Positions 10,323-20,748 of a stretch of 64,000 nucleotides of DNA are shown in pieces. The translations under genes were made by a program, and so were the position numbers. The notes under the pieces were generated by a model. The model did no database searches. It was given only the letters and a program-made list of their open reading frames with translations, and had not been told where the DNA came from. Source of the DNA: a virus; the IMG/VR virus record IMGVR_UViG_3300033153_013152, positions 121,962 through 185,961 of that record. The stretch is one strand, 5' to 3'. Position 1 is the stretch's first letter; each line of letters starts with the position of its first letter.

Positions 10323-11095
10323 ATTTTTTTAATTTCTTTCACTAAATAATCCAAATCAAAATTATTTAAACCAATATTTAATAAGGCAGATTTTGTCTTT
10401 GTGCCCAGAATACCATCTATTTTACCTATATAAAAATGACATAATTTAATTAAATAACTTTGAACAAACATTGTTTTTATTTTATCATCGCTTTCTTTTT
10501 TCCAATTTCCACATAAAATCGTACAAGCTTTAGCAACTTCAGAATAATTATAATTACTATATGCTTGTTCCCAATCAGAATCAATATAATCAAAATGCCA
10601 TGATTCACTCATTTCTATGTCTGGAATAGAAATTATTGGTCTAAAACCTAAAGGTTTAGCAATTTCCCAAAAAGTTGACAATTGTTCATCTTTTGATACT
10701 GAAGAAAAATTTAACTTATCTACTTCAATATCTACAGCTCTACCAGCATTATGAAATGATTGTCCCGGTTTTGCAGTAAAGGGATGATTGTGTCTATCAT
10801 TTTCGTATCTTTCTCTCGCCATTGCTTGTTGTTCCCAAGTTCTTGTTAAATCAATAATGTATAAATTTCCACCAAGTTGCTCTACCTGAGAACGTAATTT
10901 CTTTAGAGCACTCAACATTCCAGGAACAATATATGCTCCCTCATCAAAATACTTAACATCCAACCTTTTCTTGGTTGTTTTACCAAAATAGATAGATTCC
11001 AAACCACTAGCTTTCTTTAATTCATATATCTTCGGGGGCATTTCCATTTTTTCAACCCTCATAAATTTAAAAAATCTTCCAATTTTTAAAAACAT
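10319..11095 (-). CDS. M15-family peptidoglycan peptidase (putative endolysin) with C-terminal PG-binding domain
   Basis: RTWEQQ, SFHNAGRAVDI, ESWHFDY zinc motifs; C-terminal IDGILGTKTKSAL. Confidence 0.85.
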   Translation of the reverse strand: MFLKIGRFFKFMRVEKMEMPPKIYELKKASGLESIYFGKTTKKRLDVKYFDEGAYIVPGMLSALKKLRSQVEQLGGNLYIIDLTRTWEQQAMARERYENDRHNHPFTAKPGQSFHNAGRAVDIEVDKLNFSSVSKDEQLSTFWEIAKPLGFRPIISIPDIEMSESWHFDYIDSDWEQAYSNYNYSEVAKACTILCGNWKKESDDKIKTMFVQSYLIKLCHFYIGKIDGILGTKTKSALLNIGLNNFDLDYLVKEIKKI

Positions 11096-11511
11096 TTAAA
11101 CACCACAATCATTGAAGGAAATGGAGCACAATGTTTAGCACCAACAAATTTTATCCTTCCTTTTACAAATCTAACTTCTATATTAGGCTTTTTATAAACA
11201 TATCTATGAAATGCTTTTGTGTCCGTTCTTGCCGGAATTAACATAACAACTGTAGCATCACCCTTCAATGCACTTTTATAGGCTTTCTCAATCCAAAATT
11301 TAGACTGGCTATAAGGCGGATTGCACCAACAATTACCCCTCCATTCCTTCTCAAGTCCATTATCTTGTTCAGAATAATAATTTATATGCTTGGCATTATA
11401 TTCATTTGCACAAACATCCAAATCAAAATTAAATTCTTTATCCAACTTATCATACAATGATTGTGGGGTTTCCCAATCATCTTTTCCCGAAGAATAATGA
11501 ACTTCATCCAT
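11086..11511 (-). CDS. Phage DNA N6-adenine methyltransferase (Dam-like)
   Basis: DDWETPQ, FDLDVCA, WCNPPYS, LIPARTDT. Confidence 0.9.
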   Translation of the reverse strand: MDEVHYSSGKDDWETPQSLYDKLDKEFNFDLDVCANEYNAKHINYYSEQDNGLEKEWRGNCWCNPPYSQSKFWIEKAYKSALKGDATVVMLIPARTDTKAFHRYVYKKPNIEVRFVKGRIKFVGAKHCAPFPSMIVVFKCF

Positions 11512-11901
11512 TCAATCACCTTTTACGATTCTTATAGAATCTTCCTCAAAATGCTCCGTACTGAACTCAAACAATTCACTATCCTCTAGTGCAACCATTT
11601 GATGAACTCTTCCGGGTGGGACATGAAAACTATCACCTTGTCCCAATATCACCGAATCACACAAATCTTCCCAATTCCTACCAGAAACGGGCAATACTTC
11701 TTGAATTTTTTCCCAATCATCAGTATATCTCAACAAAACTTTGCCACTTTGTAGATAAAAAACCTCATCCTTTACACGATGTTTGTGAAAAGAACACCTT
11801 CTTCCTTTGGCCATATATAACAATTTACCACAATATTGTGGTTTATTAACAATCCACTTCTCAAAACCCCACCCTTTTGGAACAAATTTTATCTCATTCA
11901 T
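11512..11901 (-). CDS. Cupin-fold sugar isomerase-like protein
   Basis: KGWGFEKWI, CSFHKHRVKDEVFY, HVPPGRVHQM; start refined to MNEIKF. Confidence 0.8.
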   Translation of the reverse strand: MNEIKFVPKGWGFEKWIVNKPQYCGKLLYMAKGRRCSFHKHRVKDEVFYLQSGKVLLRYTDDWEKIQEVLPVSGRNWEDLCDSVILGQGDSFHVPPGRVHQMVALEDSELFEFSTEHFEEDSIRIVKGD

Positions 11902-12793
11902 CCTGAACTTCCTTATATGTAACAACACTAGTTCCTGGCTTCTCAACAGATTTAGAAGCACATATATTAGCAAATCTTATAGCTTCCATCAAACTATTTG
12001 TTTTCATATAACTTAATGCCAATCCTGCTAAAAATACATCTCCAGCACCACAAACATTTGGACTATCTACAACATTTTCTACATGCAATTTAAATGTAGT
12101 TTTTCCATTATTTATTAATTCTGCACCTTCTCTACCAAGAGTAACAATTAAATTATCTATATATTTTTCACTATTATTTACAATACTAACATATTCATTC
12201 AAATTTATCTTCACAATAACATTTTTTAATTTTTTAAAAATAGAAAGATCCTTTTTCTTCGTATCTACAAAAATTACTCCTTTAAATTTTTTAAGTTTCG
12301 AAATAACTTCAGAACTTATAGTTCCTTTATTGTAATCAGAAATAATAATACAATCATAAATTTCTAAACAAAAATCAGTAAAAAAAGTTTTATATTCATT
12401 TGCAACAAATGGATTGAAAATCTGCCTATTATCAACTCTAACTATTTGCTTTTGAGTAACGTCATCAATTATTCTACTTTTCAAAATAAGATTAGAAGAA
12501 GATAATTTATCATCTATTCTATTTCCAGGAACCATATAACAATTATGAAGCTTTACTCCCATACTTTCTAATTCCGGTTTAACATATTTGGCAATAATGC
12601 CAGAATAACATATCTCATCTTTTTTATCAAATAAGGCTTTAACATTAGAAACTACATTTAGAGCGCCACCAAAACTATGATTTTCTCTTGTAATATCTAC
12701 AACTGGAATAGTATGATCTTCAGGAGATTGTCTATATATTTTGCCATAAATATAATGATCAATTATACTATCACCAATTACTAAAATTTTCAT
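11894..12793 (-). CDS. PfkB-family sugar kinase, HldE/RfaE domain I (heptose-7-phosphate kinase)-like
   Basis: ILVIGDSIIDHYIYG..RQSPE, GGALNV, ISDYNKG, NVCGAGDVF. Confidence 0.85.
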   Translation of the reverse strand: MKILVIGDSIIDHYIYGKIYRQSPEDHTIPVVDITRENHSFGGALNVVSNVKALFDKKDEICYSGIIAKYVKPELESMGVKLHNCYMVPGNRIDDKLSSSNLILKSRIIDDVTQKQIVRVDNRQIFNPFVANEYKTFFTDFCLEIYDCIIISDYNKGTISSEVISKLKKFKGVIFVDTKKKDLSIFKKLKNVIVKINLNEYVSIVNNSEKYIDNLIVTLGREGAELINNGKTTFKLHVENVVDSPNVCGAGDVFLAGLALSYMKTNSLMEAIRFANICASKSVEKPGTSVVTYKEVQDE

Positions 12794-13648
12794 TTTTTCT
12801 TGTATTTCCCAGTTATTTGAGATAAATTTTCCCAATCATGATTTTTACGAACAAGAAGATTTTTTGCCCAAACAGAATCTAACAGTAAAGTATCAACACC
12901 AATTTCATTTGCATAAGAAATTAAAGCATTAAGATCTTTTGGAAAACATGATTTTGAAAACCCAAAATCATCCTCACATGGTACTTTATAATGACTCTTT
13001 CCTATTCTCTTGTCCAACAATACCAAATCAATTACATCATCATAATTTACATTACTTTTTTCACAAATTTGATAAATTTCATTAAAGAAAATTATTTTTG
13101 TCGCCAAAAATGTATTGGCTGTATATTTTACAAATTCAGCAACCCTACTTGAAACTTCAATTATTTTTGCAGGTTCTAATTGTGTTTGAGTAAAATCATA
13201 ATATAATTGATGCAATTCTCCAATACTTCTTGTACTAGTATATCCCAAAATTATTCTATCTTGATTCAAAAAATCATCAATAAAATGAGCCTCAGTTAAA
13301 AACTCAGGATTGAATACAAAAATATGATCTGGATATTTCTTTGCCAATTTTTCTGTACTTCCTGGTACTACAGTACTTTTAATTACAACTATCTTCTCTT
13401 CGGTTGCAACATTATTGATTTGTTCGCAAACCGCTTCTATAATAGAAATATTGCAACTTCCATCTTCATTCATTGGTGTGGGTAAACACAAGAATAAAAT
13501 ACTAGAATTATTAACTACAGAATCTAATGATTCAGTGTCTTTAAATTTATCATATTCCCTTACTTCTGCTACTTTTTCTAGCCCAACTGAAACTGCAGTT
13601 CCAACAAAACCAGTTCCGAATTATGCCTATTTTGTGTCTTTTTTCCAC
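12790..13648 (-). CDS. UDP-glucose/GDP-mannose dehydrogenase family (~285 aa), +1 break at CGGA 13615-13618
   Basis: GTG start with AGGAG RBS; IGII-G-TGFVG Rossmann motif restored; CLPTP, IKSTV.PG, FNPEFL, SCFPKD. Confidence 0.85.
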
Positions 13649-14457
13649 AACAGATGCTCCTTCAAAATTTCAGGTAACTTACCCTTATATTTATAAATTT
13701 TATGATTTGGACTATTGATTTTACCATCTTTACCAATATACCAACCATATTCAAAATTTGAATCCTCTCCAAACCTACTATTCCACCAATTTACTTTTGT
13801 CATAAATCTATTCAACCCCTTGCAAAATGCAAAATGATGATATTTGACATTTAAATTTTCTATAATATGATTTCCAAATAATGACAATCCACCATATTGC
13901 ATATAATTATCATTAACAAATTGACACTCTGGTGTAATCTTAAATAGCCTGGGAAACTTTTGCAAACAAAAATGCTGAAAATCATCAACAAAAGTTAATG
14001 ATTGAAAATAAACTACTCTTACATCTTCTGTATTTTGTCTATCATATAACTTGGCAAAATTCTTTACAATTCTAAGATCACTCTCCGTCCATACCTCATC
14101 ACCATCTACAATCAACAACCAACCATTAGGATTCAACTTTTTTATTTTTTCTAGCCCAACATTTCGCTGATCTTTATCTGTTTGTTCATTTGCTTCCAAA
14201 TAATAAACATCTGCCTGTTCACTTCTTAATTGAAAATATTTATGACCAAATTCCTCATCGGTCAAGGTACAACCAATCGCTTTCTTTATTTTCTCTACTG
14301 TTCCATCTGTAGAACGAGGACTTGCACCAAGAGCAATTGTTTCTTGATATGCTCCTTCAACTATAACAAGATCATCTACATAAGGCAAACACGAACGAAT
14401 AGCATATTCAACGAAATCAGCCTCATTGTAAACCGTCATGAGAACTGATAATCTCAT
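13627..14457 (-). CDS. Glycosyltransferase family 2-like
   Basis: SVLMTVYNE, STDGT, LIVDGDE. Confidence 0.8.
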   Translation of the reverse strand: MRLSVLMTVYNEADFVEYAIRSCLPYVDDLVIVEGAYQETIALGASPRSTDGTVEKIKKAIGCTLTDEEFGHKYFQLRSEQADVYYLEANEQTDKDQRNVGLEKIKKLNPNGWLLIVDGDEVWTESDLRIVKNFAKLYDRQNTEDVRVVYFQSLTFVDDFQHFCLQKFPRLFKITPECQFVNDNYMQYGGLSLFGNHIIENLNVKYHHFAFCKGLNRFMTKVNWWNSRFGEDSNFEYGWYIGKDGKINSPNHKIYKYKGKLPEILKEHLLWKKDTK

Positions 14458-14465
14458 TTCTAACT

Positions 14466-14726
14466 CTAACGATAAGTTGCTGTACTTGCAGTATTAGAAC
14501 CAATATGATTCATAATATTATTATTGGCAGTTTTTAGAGCATCAACAGTAACCTTAACTTCATCAAATTGCTTTTTTAAATCACCAATAACTTCACCATG
14601 TTTAGTAGATTTTTGTGCAACTTTTTGCACCACTTCAAAAATTTCAACCAATTTTTGTTCAAAAATTGCAATTTTTTGAGCCAATTCTACATTAGTCATT
14701 TTATTAATATCCCCTCTTTTTATCAA
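14466..14726 (-). CDS. Hypothetical coiled-coil protein
   Basis: Heptad-rich ORF. Confidence 0.5.
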   Translation of the reverse strand: MIKRGDINKMTNVELAQKIAIFEQKLVEIFEVVQKVAQKSTKHGEVIGDLKKQFDEVKVTVDALKTANNNIMNHIGSNTASTATYR

Positions 14727-14949
14727 CTGCTTTTTGTAATTTTGATTTGTTCTCTACCCTTTCAACACTTTTATTTTCCTTAATTTGAGAAATAATTTGT
14801 GCAACTTTTCTACTCAACTCATCTACAGTAACCTTTAACAAAGAAACACTTTCTTTGAGTACCAACACGTCCTTACCAACCTTTTCATTCTTTTCGTCTA
14901 CTTTTTTAAATTTATCATTCAACATATCTTCAGCTTGTTTGGATAACAT
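14704..14949 (-). CDS. Hypothetical coiled-coil protein
   Basis: AGGAGG RBS; heptad pattern. Confidence 0.55.
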   Translation of the reverse strand: MLSKQAEDMLNDKFKKVDEKNEKVGKDVLVLKESVSLLKVTVDELSRKVAQIISQIKENKSVERVENKSKLQKAVDKKRGY

Positions 14950-15003
14950 ATCACAACCTCCTAAATATAATATAGTTTACTACACTTTCAACAAAAAGTT
15001 AAT

Positions 15004-15483
15004 CTACTTTTTAATTTCTTTTAGCATTTTTTCATATGTACCATATTTTTGTTTCATATCTTTAACAACAGAATCCTTATTTTTACCACAAATATAAAAC
15101 AAATATTTCAAAATTTGTTTATCCGTAACAACTTCTAAATTACAACAAGGACAAAATAATGATGGAAGTTCATATCTAAAATCACCTCTCATAACCTCAT
15201 CATCAAAATAATCTTCAATTTCTTCATTATCGGCTTCATATTTAAAATAATTCTTTTGTCCCTCACCATAACAAAATCTAACACAATATTCTCTCTTTTT
15301 CTCAATAGATAAATCTTCTAGATTTTCCTTCATATGTCCTTCACAAAATGTATGTCCATATTCACAACAATACATTTCTGGCTCACTTAAACACGCATCC
15401 CAACCAGAATACTCTTCGCCACATACATCACAAACAAACGAACTAGAACTAGAATTACTAACAAAACCCAATCTAACTTTCAT
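15004..15483 (-). CDS. Uncharacterised phage protein of the MKxRxGFVSNSSSSSF type, Cys-rich
   Basis: N-terminal motif plus CxxC clusters; GGAGG RBS. Confidence 0.7.
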   Translation of the reverse strand: MKVRLGFVSNSSSSSFVCDVCGEEYSGWDACLSEPEMYCCEYGHTFCEGHMKENLEDLSIEKKREYCVRFCYGEGQKNYFKYEADNEEIEDYFDDEVMRGDFRYELPSLFCPCCNLEVVTDKQILKYLFYICGKNKDSVVKDMKQKYGTYEKMLKEIKK

Positions 15484-15492
15484 TTCTTCCTC

Positions 15493-16299
15493 CTAATATC
15501 CTAACTCCATCATTCTTTTTTTGAACGTTTCTTTTGGAATAAATCTCGAATCAATCTGATCATACAAATAGATTCCCAATTGTTTACAAGCATTTTCAAA
15601 AGAAGCCTGTTTTCCAGTTACAAATCTTTTTCCCAAAACGGAAGAAATATTAATTAATTTAGTTGCTTCCTTCGAAACTACACAATCAAAAACATATTTA
15701 TACATGTCTACTATTTCATTACTAAAAATAGAATCTTCTACATTTGTCATACCAACAGGACTCGCATTTATCAAAAAATCAAAACTACCATCATTATACT
15801 TTAACAAACCACCTTCTTGTCTCGAAATTCTTGCATAAGGTATACCACTCTTCTTTAAAACATAACATATAGAATCAGAATATGCCCCAGTACCATATAT
15901 CATTGCCTTCTTCGCTCTTCTCAAAATTGGCTCACAAGACCTTTCAAATCCATAACAATCACAATTATAAGCCCTTAAATTTAAAAATTTATCCAAAATA
16001 ATAGTATTTGCATTACCCGTCTCTTTTACTGTAACATGTTTATCTGTACAATAACCAGCAGCACATTTTTTAAATGGCATAGATACAGAAAATCCAGTAG
16101 CACCAACATAATACATTGCAGCTACAAAATCACCATAATCCCTAAAATGATTTCCAATGCCCAATGGTTTATAAATAGCATCTATATTATAATAATCAAA
16201 AGCAAAATTAAAAAAAGTAGCACCAAAACTACCTGGTTTAGATGAAATAGAAAAAAATAATTTAGTATCCTTACTCATTTCTACCCAATTCCCAAACAT
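15493..16299 (-). CDS. Shikimate dehydrogenase (AroE)-like oxidoreductase
   Basis: GFSVSMPFK, NANT, YNCDCYG, YGTGA, LINASPVGM. Confidence 0.75.
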   Translation of the reverse strand: MFGNWVEMSKDTKLFFSISSKPGSFGATFFNFAFDYYNIDAIYKPLGIGNHFRDYGDFVAAMYYVGATGFSVSMPFKKCAAGYCTDKHVTVKETGNANTIILDKFLNLRAYNCDCYGFERSCEPILRRAKKAMIYGTGAYSDSICYVLKKSGIPYARISRQEGGLLKYNDGSFDFLINASPVGMTNVEDSIFSNEIVDMYKYVFDCVVSKEATKLINISSVLGKRFVTGKQASFENACKQLGIYLYDQIDSRFIPKETFKKRMMELGY

Positions 16300-16825
16300 T
16301 ATTAATTAAATTGTATCTTAACATAATTGCAATACAAGCTTCTGCAATAAATCTATACCCACCCTTCCTAAAAATAGTAAGATCTGCACATTGCTTTACG
16401 TGCTTTAGAGCATCAATTGTTGTAATACCATAATCAGAATTTTTGAGAGATAACCAATCATACAAACCATCTCCAATATAAACAATAGTATGATTTGGAA
16501 ACATTCTTTTTATTATTCTCCACCTTTCCACTGGTTTTACAGACACTATAGATAAATCAAAACCACACTGATCTACTAGTCTCTTTTCGACTATTGAATA
16601 GCCCCTTTTGTCACCAGTAATAAATTTTATTTTTGCTCTCTGCCCCAACTCCTTTAACGCATCCCAATCATCTGGTCCAAATTTTTTCATAAATTTCTCA
16701 ACATTTAAACCATCTATTCTATATCCCATAAATAGAAAATCTGGAGTAACATAGAATGCACCATCAGTTAAACAACCATCAACATCAATCACAACTACAA
16801 TTTCTTTAGTCATTAAAACCCTCAA
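16271..16825 (-). CDS. HAD phosphatase, KdsC-like
   Basis: DVDGCLTDG, YIGDGLYD. Confidence 0.8.
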   Translation of the reverse strand: MRVLMTKEIVVVIDVDGCLTDGAFYVTPDFLFMGYRIDGLNVEKFMKKFGPDDWDALKELGQRAKIKFITGDKRGYSIVEKRLVDQCGFDLSIVSVKPVERWRIIKRMFPNHTIVYIGDGLYDWLSLKNSDYGITTIDALKHVKQCADLTIFRKGGYRFIAEACIAIMLRYNLINNVWELGRNE

Positions 16826-17787
16826 TAGACAATTTCTTTTCTAATAATACAACCCCTACAATTATCCAATACCTTTTGAGCAATTTTCTCTGCACTCAAT
16901 CCATATTTATCATACAACTTATCTGGAGGTCCAGATTCAGGAAATACATCATTCAGACCTATTCTTTTAACTCCTCTTGTAGAATCAATATCAGATAGAG
17001 TTTCGGCAATAATTGAACCAAAACCACCAACAATTGTATGGTCTTCAACACTAAACAAGCGTTGAGTATCCAATGCACATCTTCTAATAATATCTGTATC
17101 TATTGGCTTCAATGTATGCATATTAACAACTCTAACATGAATTCCTTCATTTTCAATTATCTCTGCAGCTTTCATAACATCTGCCAAAATACATCCTGTA
17201 GAGAAAATTGTTATATCATCACATGAACTTTTTGTAACATATTCTCCTTGACCAAAAACAAAACTTCTATTTTCCATTACATCATCAACAGGTTGGCGAC
17301 CTAAACGCAAATAGTGAGGACAATCCAATTCTGTTTCACACAAATACTTAATTGCTTCAACTGCTTCTGAATATGATGCTGGATTTAAAATTTTCATATT
17401 TGGTAGAGCACGCATAATGCTTACATCTTCAATAGCCATTTGCGTAACCCCATCTTTTCCAATTGCCATTCCCGTGTGCGTACCAACCAAAACTACATTT
17501 TTACATCCAGAATAACATAATGAACATCTGATTGTATCATACTTTCCAGTTAAAAATGAACCAAAAGATGATAGAAATACTTTGAATCCATGTTCAGATA
17601 AACCTGATGCTATTCCAATCATATTATTTTCTGCGATACCAACATCAAAATATCTATCTGGAAACTTATCTTGAAATTTTTTTATCTTTGTTGCTCCACC
17701 CAAATCAGCACTCATTGCAATAAGATTGTCGTATTTTTCACCCATTTCTGGGAGAATATCGCCTAGAGCATCACGAGTAGCTTTCAT
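16822..17787 (-). CDS. Transketolase C-terminal subunit (copy 1)
   Basis: ADLGGAT, DVGIAENNM, YLRLGR, VEDHTIVGGFG. Confidence 0.9.
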   Translation of the reverse strand: MKATRDALGDILPEMGEKYDNLIAMSADLGGATKIKKFQDKFPDRYFDVGIAENNMIGIASGLSEHGFKVFLSSFGSFLTGKYDTIRCSLCYSGCKNVVLVGTHTGMAIGKDGVTQMAIEDVSIMRALPNMKILNPASYSEAVEAIKYLCETELDCPHYLRLGRQPVDDVMENRSFVFGQGEYVTKSSCDDITIFSTGCILADVMKAAEIIENEGIHVRVVNMHTLKPIDTDIIRRCALDTQRLFSVEDHTIVGGFGSIIAETLSDIDSTRGVKRIGLNDVFPESGPPDKLYDKYGLSAEKIAQKVLDNCRGCIIRKEIVY

Positions 17788-18551
17788 GATAATTCCTCAA
17801 TTGCCTTCTCATATTCTTGCTCATTCGGACATTTACAATGCCAATCTGCATTTCCTTCCATGAAAGAAACACCTTTTGCTTTAATAGTTTCCAATACAAA
17901 AAACACTGGAGTTCCACTATCCATACCCCACATATTCAATTCTTTTTCAATATTATAAGCCTTATGGCCATACATAATTCTACAATCCCATCCAAATAAT
18001 TCTATCTTATCTGCAATTGTATCGTAACAAAAATCAATCAATTCACCATCATTCTGAGCCTTATTATAATCTAAAAAACAAATCAAATTACCAAGATCCA
18101 TTCTTCCGGCATACATCAATGCTTCCCAAATTTGCCCTTCTTGCATTTCACCGTCACCCAAAATACAAAACACTTTTCCGTCTTCGTTCTTCAATTTCTT
18201 TGCCAAAGCATGACCAATTGCTATGCTCAATCCTTGACCTAAACTACCAGTAGTTGCATCAACAAATGGCAATCTAACCTTATCTGGATGACCCTGAAGT
18301 CTAGAATCAATTTCCCTAAATGTTTCCAATTCTTGGTCTGAAATCTTGCCCTGAATATTTAGCGCAGCATAAATTGCCGGAACGGCATGACCTTTTGATA
18401 GAATCAACTTATCCTTACCGCCAATATCATAATTCGAATATAATACAGCAATCAATTCAGCAATAGAAAATGAACCACCAATATGACCTGATTTGGATTT
18501 ATAGACCATATCTAAAACTTTTTTTCGAATCAAATTAGGATTTATTTTCAT
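17784..18551 (-). CDS. Transketolase N-terminal TPP-binding subunit (copy 1)
   Basis: GHIGGS, LSKGHA, TGSLGQG, GDGEMQEG. Confidence 0.9.
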   Translation of the reverse strand: MKINPNLIRKKVLDMVYKSKSGHIGGSFSIAELIAVLYSNYDIGGKDKLILSKGHAVPAIYAALNIQGKISDQELETFREIDSRLQGHPDKVRLPFVDATTGSLGQGLSIAIGHALAKKLKNEDGKVFCILGDGEMQEGQIWEALMYAGRMDLGNLICFLDYNKAQNDGELIDFCYDTIADKIELFGWDCRIMYGHKAYNIEKELNMWGMDSGTPVFFVLETIKAKGVSFMEGNADWHCKCPNEQEYEKAIEELS

Positions 18552-19207
18552 AAAACCTCACACTTAATAACGTGCTCATCTTGCACTTTTTGCTTCAACA
18601 ATCCAACAGCAATATGAGTCAATTTTGAAACAAAATCTTCTGCTACAAAATTGAAATTATTTCCACCTGTCTGACCAGGAAAATTAGATTCCCATAGATT
18701 TGTTGGACATATTACTAAATCAGAAAAATCATTACACTTATTATTTTCATTTCTTGTTACCAATATATTTTTCATCCCCCTTTCTTTTGCAACTTTAAAT
18801 AATTGCAATATATTTCTAGAATTTCCAGAACCGGAAAAAGCAAAAACCAAATCATCTTTTTTGCCTTGAAATTTCAATAATTCACTAAAAATAAATTCAA
18901 AACCAAGATCATTACTTATTCCAGTTATGGAAGCCTGATCAGAACACAAATTAACACACTTAAAATTATTTCTACTTATTATTTGAGAATTTTTATCTTC
19001 AGATACGAATGGATGTAAATTCAAATCAATGACAAAATTCTGCACAAAAGCCGCTCCTCCTCCATTGGCACAAGCAAATATAGTTCTTTGATTATCATAT
19101 GCTTCAAAAATCATATTTATAAATTTATCAATTTTCCCATAACAAACTCTATCAAAAAAATCTCTACTTTCTTTCTCATACAACATTACTTTATCGTAAT
19201 ATTTCAT
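18548..19207 (-). CDS. SIS-domain phosphosugar isomerase (GmhA-like)
   Basis: ACANGGGA, SNDLGFE, FSGSGNSRNI. Confidence 0.8.
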   Translation of the reverse strand: MKYYDKVMLYEKESRDFFDRVCYGKIDKFINMIFEAYDNQRTIFACANGGGAAFVQNFVIDLNLHPFVSEDKNSQIISRNNFKCVNLCSDQASITGISNDLGFEFIFSELLKFQGKKDDLVFAFSGSGNSRNILQLFKVAKERGMKNILVTRNENNKCNDFSDLVICPTNLWESNFPGQTGGNNFNFVAEDFVSKLTHIAVGLLKQKVQDEHVIKCEVL

Positions 19208-19325
19208 AATTTTGCCCCTTTGAACAAATTTTACAATACGATTTTACACCAAATTTTCCATCTTTTTGTTTGTGAAAATCTTTCAATTCTTTTACAATAT
19301 TACATTTATTGCATTTCTTATTCAT
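19191..19325 (-). pseudogene. Truncated HNH-endonuclease-type zinc-binding N-terminal fragment (44 aa)
   Basis: MNKKCNKCNIVKELKDFHKQKDGKFGVKSYCKIC, with no nuclease domain following. Confidence 0.55.
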
Positions 19326-19327
19326 AC

Positions 19328-19834
19328 TTACTTTATCTTATTTGGATTTCCTGCACCAAATCTTCCATGACTATAACAATAATCATCATGTTCACCCATT
19401 ACTTTACCATCTCCCCTATGATGATCATCTTCAAACCTAACACAATCATTAAGATGCGCTGTAGAACATTCTAATGCCGTATAATCGGTTTTTGCAATAA
19501 CTCTATGCTTTGTCTTCAATGGAACGCACCATCCTTCTCCTGGACCATATATACGAGATTCCATTTCTCCATTCTCATTTTCCAATAAAACTTCTGCTTC
19601 ACCTTCAATTACATAATTTGTTTCAACTTTCTTATCGTGCCACTGAAGAGAACTACGATAACCAGCATTCATATGAATCACTTTATAAGCATAAAATTGA
19701 TTTAGCTCCAACCAAATTTCAAAACCCCAAGGCTTGTCTACTCGATACGAACTAATATCTAATTTATGAGATTTACAATTGTCTATTTTTTCTTTGTACT
19801 CATCAAGAGCTTCTTTGATCATCTCATCCATCAA
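19328..19834 (-). CDS. Cupin-fold sugar isomerase-like protein (paralog of 11512)
   Basis: VDKPWGFEIW, SSLQWHDKKVETNY, KHRV. Confidence 0.8.
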   Translation of the reverse strand: MMDEMIKEALDEYKEKIDNCKSHKLDISSYRVDKPWGFEIWLELNQFYAYKVIHMNAGYRSSLQWHDKKVETNYVIEGEAEVLLENENGEMESRIYGPGEGWCVPLKTKHRVIAKTDYTALECSTAHLNDCVRFEDDHHRGDGKVMGEHDDYCYSHGRFGAGNPNKIK

Positions 19835-20747
19835 CTTCTCCTTTATACAATTTTATCACATCTTCATAAATTTGTAAATATTTTTTTGCCGCAACAATAT
19901 TTGAAAAATGATTTAAAGCATATTGCCTACAATCAAAAGGTTTAATTTTTTTAATATTTAACAATGCTTTTGGCAATTCTCTTTCCGAATTACACAAAAT
20001 ACCAGTTTTTCCATCAACAATCAATTCAGGCAAAGAACCATTGGTTGAACCAATAATTGGAGTACCAGAAATTAAAGCCTCTGATACAGTTAGAGGACAA
20101 GCATCTGGCAATCTAGTATAAAACAATAAAGCTTTAGCATTAGCCAAAAATTTACTTTTTTCTTTTCCGTTTACTGCACCAACATATTCAATTTTATCAT
20201 CACATGTTAACTTTATATGTTCAATAATCTTTTTATTTTTTCCTGTTCCAGCTATTTTTAATTTAATTCCAAATTGTTTCGCCAACTGAATTGCCGTAAA
20301 CAAACCCTTTCCTTCCCCCCAATCAGTTCCTGCAATCCATGCAAAATAATCTTGCTTTTCTTCTTTGTAAATAAAATCATTTTGATCTACACAAGCATGA
20401 ACAAAATACGGATTTCCTGACAATTTTCTAATAAAATCACTTACACAAATAAATCTATAATCACCTTTCCACGGAGAATCATTTGGATCTGAACCACCAC
20501 CATTAACTGTACTTACCCACGGAATTCCAAAACGTTCCAAATTCTCACCTTGTCCATGAATAATATCAAATCCTTCTGGAAATTCTGTCACAACAGGAAA
20601 TGAAACTTTATCATATCCCGACCTTACCAACATTACAACTTCATGTCCAAGTTCAATATAGGCTTTCGTGAGTGCTTCTGCAACTCTTTCACTACCCATA
20701 GAATCTTTTGCAGGAGGAACATAATTACACCACATTACTATTTTCAT
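19824..20747 (-). CDS. Glycosyltransferase family 4 (GT-B)
   Basis: GSERVAEAL, KGLFTAI, EALISGTPIIG. Confidence 0.85.
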   Translation of the reverse strand: MKIVMWCNYVPPAKDSMGSERVAEALTKAYIELGHEVVMLVRSGYDKVSFPVVTEFPEGFDIIHGQGENLERFGIPWVSTVNGGGSDPNDSPWKGDYRFICVSDFIRKLSGNPYFVHACVDQNDFIYKEEKQDYFAWIAGTDWGEGKGLFTAIQLAKQFGIKLKIAGTGKNKKIIEHIKLTCDDKIEYVGAVNGKEKSKFLANAKALLFYTRLPDACPLTVSEALISGTPIIGSTNGSLPELIVDGKTGILCNSERELPKALLNIKKIKPFDCRQYALNHFSNIVAAKKYLQIYEDVIKLYKGEVDG

Positions 20748-20748
20748 T

